Shown here: positions 8,405 through 13,396 of the stretch, in pieces
Position numbering within the stretch: position 1 is the first letter of the stretch
How the letters are laid out: the number at the start of each line of letters is the position of its first letter
Origin: Calditrichia bacterium
GTDB lineage: Bacteria; Calditrichota; Calditrichia; RBG-13-44-9
Direction of reading: 5' to 3'
DNA length: 13,396 nucleotides
Assembly (NCBI GenBank): GCA_037381445.1
Contig: JARRQT010000072.1
Coordinates: 1 to 13,396 of the forward strand
The notes under the pieces: generated by a model
The model's input: the letters and a program-made list of their open reading frames with translations, nothing else
Database searches by the model: none
Told to the model about the DNA's origin: nothing
Made by a program: the position numbers and the translations under genes

Positions 8405-10069
8405 CTAAAAAAATTTGGGTTCATCATACTCGCCAAAAGACTCCTTTAATTTATTGACCATCTCGCCCAGCGAGCAGTAGGACTTGGCGCATTTGATGAG
8501 CGGAGGAACCAGATTTTGTCCCGTCTCCGCGGCCTTTTTCAATTCGGCCAGACTTTCAGAGACCAGCCGTTCATCGCGCCTTGCTTTTAATTTCTGCAGC
8601 TTTTCTTTCTGGGTCTGTTCCACTTCCTCTGGAATCAGCAGCAGGGGAATTTCTATTTTTTCCTGCTGGTCGATATAGTCGTTCACTCCCACGATGATGC
8701 GTTCTTTTTTGTCGATTTCCTGCTGGTAAACATAAGCAGCCCGTGCGATTTCATGCTGGAAAAAATTGTTCTCGATGGCGGGGATGACGCCGCCCAGATC
8801 ATCAATTTTTTTGAAATACGCTTCGGCCGCCTTTTCCATTTTGTTGGTTAGCATCTCTATGTAAAAACTGCCGCCCAGAGGATCGATGGTGTGGGCGACG
8901 CCTGTTTCGTAGGCCAGGATCTGCTGGGTACGGAGGGCGATCTTCGCTGCCTTTTCAGAGGGCAGTGCCAGGGTTTCATCCATCGAGTTGGTGTGCAGCG
9001 ACTGGGTGCCTCCCAATACCGCGGCCATGGCCTGATATGCCACGCGGGCTATGTTATTTTCCGGCTGCTGGGCGCTCAGGGTGCACCCGGCGGTCTGGGT
9101 ATGAAAACGCAGCAGCCACGACTTGGGATTTTTTGCGCCGTATTTGTCCCGCATTTTTCTGGACCAGATACGGCGGGCGGAACGGTATTTGGCAATTTCT
9201 TCAAAAAAATCATTATGCGAATTAAAGAAAAAAGACAGGCGCGGGGCAAACTCATCGACATCCAGTCCCCGCTCCATTGCCGCTTCCACGTAGGCAAAAC
9301 CGTCCGCCAGCGTAAACGCCAGTTCCTGCTGCGCGGTTGAACCCGCCTCGCGGATATGGTACCCGCTGATGCTGATGGTATTCCATTGGGGGACGTGTCT
9401 GGCGGAGTACTCAATCATGTCAACAATTATCCGCATGGATGGACGCGGCGGGTAAATCCATTCTTTCTGGGCGATATATTCCTTCAGGATATCGTTCTGA
9501 ATGGTCCCGCGGAGTTTTGCCAAGGGAACGCCCTGTTTTTCGGCAACTGCAAGGTAGAAAGCATACAACATAATGGCCGGACCATTTATGGTCATGGAGG
9601 TGCTAACCTCGCTCAGCGGAATTCCCTCGAAGACCGTTTCCATGTCCTCCAGCGAGGAAACCGCGACACCGCATTTTCCCACTTCCCCTTCGCTCAGTTC
9701 GTCATCGGCATCCCGCCCCATGAGCGTTGGCAAATCGAAGGCAACCGATAATCCGGTCTGCCCGTTTGCCAGAAGGTATTTAAAACGTTTGTTGGTATCT
9801 TCCGGTGTGCCGAATCCGGCGAACTGCCGCATTGTCCAGAGTTTGCCGCGGTACATATTATAATGAATTCCTCGGGTGTAGGGAAATTGCCCGGGATGGT
9901 TCAAATCCCGAAAATAATCGAATTCCTCCAGTTCCGCCGGGGTCGCCAGGACTTCGACCGGTTCCGAAGATGCCGTCACGAATTTAAAATGGCGATCGCG
10001 GCTGTTTTTTCCCTTTTGTTCAAGCCATTCCTGCTTCGCTTTTTTCAACTTCTCCATTTCAGAGAACAT
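8405..10069 (-). CDS. icmA: Adenosylcobalamin-dependent acyl-CoA mutase, large (substrate-binding) subunit; isobutyryl-CoA mutase IcmA-like
   Basis: MCM-family motifs [60 protein letters not shown] and DPLGGS. It is 554 aa with no DxHxxG B12-binding domain. Specificity positions are F83 and Q201. AGGAG RBS upstream. Confidence 0.85.
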   Translation of the reverse strand: MFSEMEKLKKAKQEWLEQKGKNSRDRHFKFVTASSEPVEVLATPAELEEFDYFRDLNHPGQFPYTRGIHYNMYRGKLWTMRQFAGFGTPEDTNKRFKYLLANGQTGLSVAFDLPTLMGRDADDELSEGEVGKCGVAVSSLEDMETVFEGIPLSEVSTSMTINGPAIMLYAFYLAVAEKQGVPLAKLRGTIQNDILKEYIAQKEWIYPPRPSMRIIVDMIEYSARHVPQWNTISISGYHIREAGSTAQQELAFTLADGFAYVEAAMERGLDVDEFAPRLSFFFNSHNDFFEEIAKYRSARRIWSRKMRDKYGAKNPKSWLLRFHTQTAGCTLSAQQPENNIARVAYQAMAAVLGGTQSLHTNSMDETLALPSEKAAKIALRTQQILAYETGVAHTIDPLGGSFYIEMLTNKMEKAAEAYFKKIDDLGGVIPAIENNFFQHEIARAAYVYQQEIDKKERIIVGVNDYIDQQEKIEIPLLLIPEEVEQTQKEKLQKLKARRDERLVSESLAELKKAAETGQNLVPPLIKCAKSYCSLGEMVNKLKESFGEYDEPKFF

Positions 10070-10127
10070 GGGGTGTCTCCTGTGATAAATGATATCTATG
10101 TTACATATTTTTAAGCATTGGTCTTAA

Positions 10128-10156
10128 ATAATAAATAATATTCAAATTTATTGCAA
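10128..10156 (-). promoter_or_regulatory. Candidate sigma70 promoter for the mutase gene cluster
   Basis: Minus strand reads TTGCAA-N17-TATTAT, near consensus, with the -10 about 60 bp upstream of the mutase ATG. Confidence 0.5.
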
Positions 10157-10629
10157 TTCATTTTTCGATCCGGCTCTACTAGAAAAGAAATTGTCAAAAG
10201 AACATGCAGCTAAGCAATGTGAAATTTGCAGAATCATTCTTTTCTCTTCAAAATGAAGATTTTCTCAGAATATTAAACGCTGCTTTCCTTTATTACATTT
10301 TAGTTTTATAGAATCTATTCCGGAAAGTTTCTTCCAATGGTCTCATTATCCCCATATTTTTCTTGGAATAAATTCAATTAAAACTTAAATTATCTCGTCA
10401 TATATTAGCGCATTCTTATAATTACTTATTTTCTCTTTTCGAACGTCATTGCACGTATTTAAACATTTCTCCAAAAAGAGAGTTTTAGCTTCTCTGCTTC
10501 CATGATCGGCTGTTTCCATTCTAAGCATCACCAGCTGTTGAGTTTTGATAATAAGCCAATAGAGAAGAAATTGAGAAAAGATGCAAGGGGAAATTCGGCG
10601 TTTATTTCAAAATGATTCGGAGGTGATTT

Positions 10630-10953
10630 ATGAGTAAAAAAATGATCGGTTTGGTAGTAAGCGTGCTGCTCATTGCCCTGCTAGCAGGGTGTGCGGCCTA
10701 TTCAATATCGCCGGTGACCGGTATTGCATATACCGAAGTCAAGGCGCCTATGACTGCAACCAGCGCTGAAAAAGGGACCAAAGTCGGGACCGCCATGATC
10801 CAGTCCATTCTTGGCCTGGTGGCGGTTGGAGACGCCAGCATTGAAACAGCGATGAAAAACGGAGGCATCACCAAAGTAAGTCATGTGGATTATTTCAGCA
10901 AAAGCATTCTGGGAATTTACGCTACATTTACCGTGTATGTTTACGGAGAGTAA
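10630..10953 (+). CDS. TRL-like family lipoprotein
   Basis: Signal peptide with lipobox LLAGC. C-terminal pattern SILGLVAVGDASIETAMKNGGITKVSHVDY...ILGIY...VYG is characteristic of TRL-like proteins. Strong GGAGGT RBS. Confidence 0.85.
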   Translation: MSKKMIGLVVSVLLIALLAGCAAYSISPVTGIAYTEVKAPMTATSAEKGTKVGTAMIQSILGLVAVGDASIETAMKNGGITKVSHVDYFSKSILGIYATFTVYVYGE

Positions 10954-11045
10954 CTTGAAATTAACAGTAACTCAAACGCCGATTTCCCATTTTTATTTTT
11001 GATGTACATTCAACTGAAGGACAAAAATATCAGGGAAGAGTCCGG

Positions 11046-11069
11046 GTAAACGGATGCGATCCGGTTTAC
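11046..11069. terminator. Hairpin between convergent TRL-like gene and ispG; possible terminator
   Basis: GTAAAC-GGAT-gcg-ATCC-g-GTTTAC forms a 10-bp stem with one bulge. It is followed by only a weak T tract (tgctttat) on the + strand. Confidence 0.4.
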
Positions 11070-11145
11070 TGCTTTATAACGTGGGATGAATTATAAAATA
11101 TTCCCGCTTCAGAATGAAGAGAATGATCTGTTCAATTGGATATAC

Positions 11146-12213
11146 CTAAAATTCCAGAATCTCCCAGTAGACTCTTTCAACAATCTCATGGGATTTGATT
11201 TTTCCGACCGCCTGCCCTTTCTTAAACAGCAATGCTTCATTTTTGCCGCAGGCAACGCCCAGATCGGCCTCCCGTGCTTCGCCGGGCCCATTCACGGCGC
11301 ATCCCATCAGGGCCACTGTCATATCCTTCTCCACATTCTGCAGCCGTTTTTCAAGTTCCTGCGCTATACGGGTGAGCGACGGCGTTTCAAGCCGCCCGCA
11401 GGTGGGACAACTGACCAGGGTGACACCTGCCTTTCGCAGACCCAGCGATTTGAGAATTTCCCGTCCCACCTGTACTTCCTCATGGGGTTCACCGGTCAGA
11501 GATACCCGAATAGTATCGCCGATCCCTTCCGCCAATAAAGTGCCGATTCCCATGGCAGATTTAATGGTTCCGCTCCAGGCCGGGCCTGCTTCGGTGACCC
11601 CCAGGTGCAGCGGATAATCGACCTGCCGGGCCAGCAGGCGGTAGGCCTCAATCATCAAAGGCACGCTGGAAGCTTTCAGTGAAACCACAATGTCGTCGAA
11701 ATTGAATTCCTCACAAATATGTATATGATGCAGGGCGCTCTCCGCCATCGCCGGGGCAGTGGGGTGCTGATATTTTTTCAGGATTTCGGGCTCCAGTGAA
11801 CCGGAATTTACGCCGATGCGGATGGGCACCTGCCGCTCCTGGCACGCCCGCAGGACTGATTCCACGCGGGACCGCTCGCCGATATTTCCCGGATTTATGC
11901 GGATTTTATGCACGCCGCTTTCCAGAGATATCAGCGCCAGCCGGTAATTAAAATGGATATCAGCCACCACCGGTATCTGCACCTGCGCAACGATTTCTTT
12001 CAATGCATGGGCGGCTTTTTCATTAGGCACCGCGCAGCGGACAACTTCGCACCCGGCGGCGGCCAACTCCCGGATTTGAGCCACCGTAGCGTCGATATCC
12101 TCGGTCTTGGTTTTGGTCATGCTCTGTATGGATACCGGTGCACCTCCACCCATTTTGACCTTTCCGACCCTCACTATCCGGGTTGCCTGCCTTGAAAAAG
12201 TCGTTTGATTCAT
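11146..12213 (-). CDS. ispG: (E)-4-hydroxy-3-methylbut-2-enyl-diphosphate synthase (flavodoxin-dependent)
   Basis: Motifs IQSMT, VADIHF, RINPGNIG, IRIGVNSGSL, PLHLGVTEAG, GIGDTIRVSLT, and 4Fe-4S ligands SCPTCGR and GCAVNGPGE. The start was reassigned to the ATG at 12213, which has GGAG upstream (355 aa). Confidence 0.97.
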   Translation of the reverse strand: MNQTTFSRQATRIVRVGKVKMGGGAPVSIQSMTKTKTEDIDATVAQIRELAAAGCEVVRCAVPNEKAAHALKEIVAQVQIPVVADIHFNYRLALISLESGVHKIRINPGNIGERSRVESVLRACQERQVPIRIGVNSGSLEPEILKKYQHPTAPAMAESALHHIHICEEFNFDDIVVSLKASSVPLMIEAYRLLARQVDYPLHLGVTEAGPAWSGTIKSAMGIGTLLAEGIGDTIRVSLTGEPHEEVQVGREILKSLGLRKAGVTLVSCPTCGRLETPSLTRIAQELEKRLQNVEKDMTVALMGCAVNGPGEAREADLGVACGKNEALLFKKGQAVGKIKSHEIVERVYWEILEF

Positions 12214-12408
12214 CTTTCGCTCCGCATATTCTTTTCTCATTCTCAATAACTTCAAAATATAACAAAAGTTTTCATGTTCAGAAACTAAATCACAAAATCA
12301 CCAGGACGTTTTTATATCACGACAGTGATCATTGAATATCGCCAGACTGCCTTTTTTTATAATATTTCCGGAATTTGTTCTTGCTAAATAAACGATCCTG
12401 CATTAATT

Positions 12409-12438
12409 TATCGGAAAACGATATATCGGATTGCGATA
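12409..12438. promoter_or_regulatory. Two tandem palindromic boxes TATCG-N5-CGATA; probable MarR operator
   Basis: 12409-12423 is TATCG-GAAAA-CGATA and 12424-12438 is TATCG-GATTG-CGATA. They abut directly, and the last base is the A of the marR ATG. A candidate promoter TTGCTA(12381)-N17-TAATTT(12404) lies just upstream. Confidence 0.7.
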
Positions 12439-12905
12439 TGAATAGCACATCTGCTAGTCCCACAGAGAATGAAAATATTTCCCGCCTGGCCGGGGCGTTT
12501 CTGCCCGTGATGCATATGTTCCATCAATTTGCCAGCGAAGTGGTTAAATCTACCAATTTTTCCCTGGCCCAGTACCGGGTGCTCATGCTGGTCCACCGCC
12601 GCGGCTCCATGTCCATCAATCAATTGAAAGACGGCCTGAACATTGCCCAGAGCACCGCCAGCGAAATGATAGACCGGCTGGTCCGGCAGAATCTGCTTCA
12701 CCGCGAGAAGGATCCCGCTGACCGTCGTGTAACCATTTTTATGCTCACACCCAAAACCCAAAGAATTATCAATGATCATCTGACCTCGATGGTTAATATC
12801 CATAAAAAGATTCTGGAACCGCTTTCTCCCGAGGAACAAGAGGAGCTGGTGCAGGCCTTCGAAACGGTCCTGTATCTGATGCAGCAAAGCAGCAGCCGGC
12901 AGTAA
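12438..12905 (+). CDS. MarR-family transcriptional regulator
   Basis: Motifs SLAQYRVLMLV, the HTH 'SINQLKDGLNIAQSTASEMIDRLVRQNLL', the wing DPADRR..LTPK and LSPEEQEEL. The ATG at 12438 (155 aa) is preferred over the TTG at 12375. Confidence 0.92.
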   Translation: MNSTSASPTENENISRLAGAFLPVMHMFHQFASEVVKSTNFSLAQYRVLMLVHRRGSMSINQLKDGLNIAQSTASEMIDRLVRQNLLHREKDPADRRVTIFMLTPKTQRIINDHLTSMVNIHKKILEPLSPEEQEELVQAFETVLYLMQQSSSRQ

Positions 12906-12956
12906 ATTTAATGCAGCAGTTCAGAAATTAATTTAAAAATCTCTCGGGTACAAGAT

Positions 12957-13396
12957 ATGAAAATACAGCTACATTTACTGAAGGGATCAGCATTCGCGGC
13001 TTCTGTATTTTCCGGCATGGCTTGCATTTATCTGTTTGCCGTCACATCCGTTTACGCCGGACAGCCGCTCACCCTCAAGGATTGTCTGAATCTGGGCTTT
13101 GAAAACAGCCGGCAGATAAAAATTTCTGATTTATCAATGAAGCAGGCAGGTGAGAAATATCTTGAAGCTCAGGCACAGCGATGGCCCTCCGTAAATTTGA
13201 ACGGTGTCTATACCCGCATTGGAAAAGTGACCTCCTTTACCATTCCCATGGGTGGAATGGAGCAGACATTCAAATTCGGCACCTCGAACCGGATGAATTT
13301 TGATGCCAAACTTCAGCTTCCGGTGTTCACATGGGGGAGAATATCGGGCACCATAGCGATATCGGATATCGGAAAAGGAATCTCGAATACCCTGGA
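12957..13396 (+). CDS. TolC-family outer-membrane efflux protein, 3' end runs off the window
   Basis: Not in the ORF track. Hand translation: MKIQLHLLKGSAFAASVFSGMACIYLFAVTSVYAGQPLTLKDCLNLGFENSRQIKISDLSMKQAGEKYLEAQAQRWPSVNLNGVYTR...LQLPVFTWGRI. Shows a signal peptide ending VYA, 'LTL.D...GFEN', 'A...P.V.L' and 'L..PVF.WG', all typical of outer-membrane efflux proteins. It follows a MarR gene. Confidence 0.85.
   Translation, partial: MKIQLHLLKGSAFAASVFSGMACIYLFAVTSVYAGQPLTLKDCLNLGFENSRQIKISDLSMKQAGEKYLEAQAQRWPSVNLNGVYTRIGKVTSFTIPMGGMEQTFKFGTSNRMNFDAKLQLPVFTWGRISGTIAISDIGKGISNTL

Noticed and set aside
10502..10615. 37-aa plus-strand ORF MIGCFHSKHHQLL... upstream of the TRL-like gene
   Set aside because: No RBS, no recognisable motif, and a length expected by chance.
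10070..10629. Possible cobalamin riboswitch upstream of the B12-dependent mutase
   Set aside because: I found none of the conserved elements (GGGAA...GCCCCCGC/ACTGT, GCCACTG, B12 box) on either strand, and the region is too AT-rich.
11086..11617. Plus-strand ORFs 11086..11538 and 11195..11617
   Set aside because: Antisense to ispG, with no independent coding evidence.
1..13396. CRISPR arrays, tRNA/rRNA genes, IS elements, integrases, defence or retro-element systems
   Set aside because: No regularly spaced repeats, RNA-gene signatures or relevant protein motifs were seen. Nearly all sequence is explained by metabolic genes.

Overview
A gene-dense bacterial chromosomal window of mostly core or metabolic genes. 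I see no mobile elements, CRISPR arrays, or rRNA/tRNA genes. The gene content resembles FCB-superphylum/Calditrichota-like bacteria, but that is an impression, not a tested assignment. Left to right: (1) A minus-strand shikimate operon: regulated type I-beta DAHP synthase (aroF), aroB, a fused type I dehydroquinase-shikimate dehydrogenase (aroD-aroE), and a truncated shikimate kinase missing from the ORF track. (2) A divergent orphan membrane protein (~10 TM helices) and a class II aldolase. (3) A minus-strand cluster: B12-dependent acyl-CoA mutase large subunit, WbpD-like hexapeptide acetyltransferase, DGGGP-synthase-like UbiA prenyltransferase, and Maf. (4) A TRL-like lipoprotein convergent with ispG. 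(5) A MarR regulator followed by a truncated TolC-family gene, also missing from the ORF track. Best observations: the mutase carries isobutyryl-CoA-mutase rather than methylmalonyl-CoA-mutase specificity residues (F83/Q201); the AroD-AroE fusion has the S-x-S to S-x-G change linked to quinate dehydrogenase activity in plant enzymes; and two abutting TATCG-N5-CGATA palindromes sit on the marR start, probably its operator. The sequence does not support a wholly new multi-gene system.
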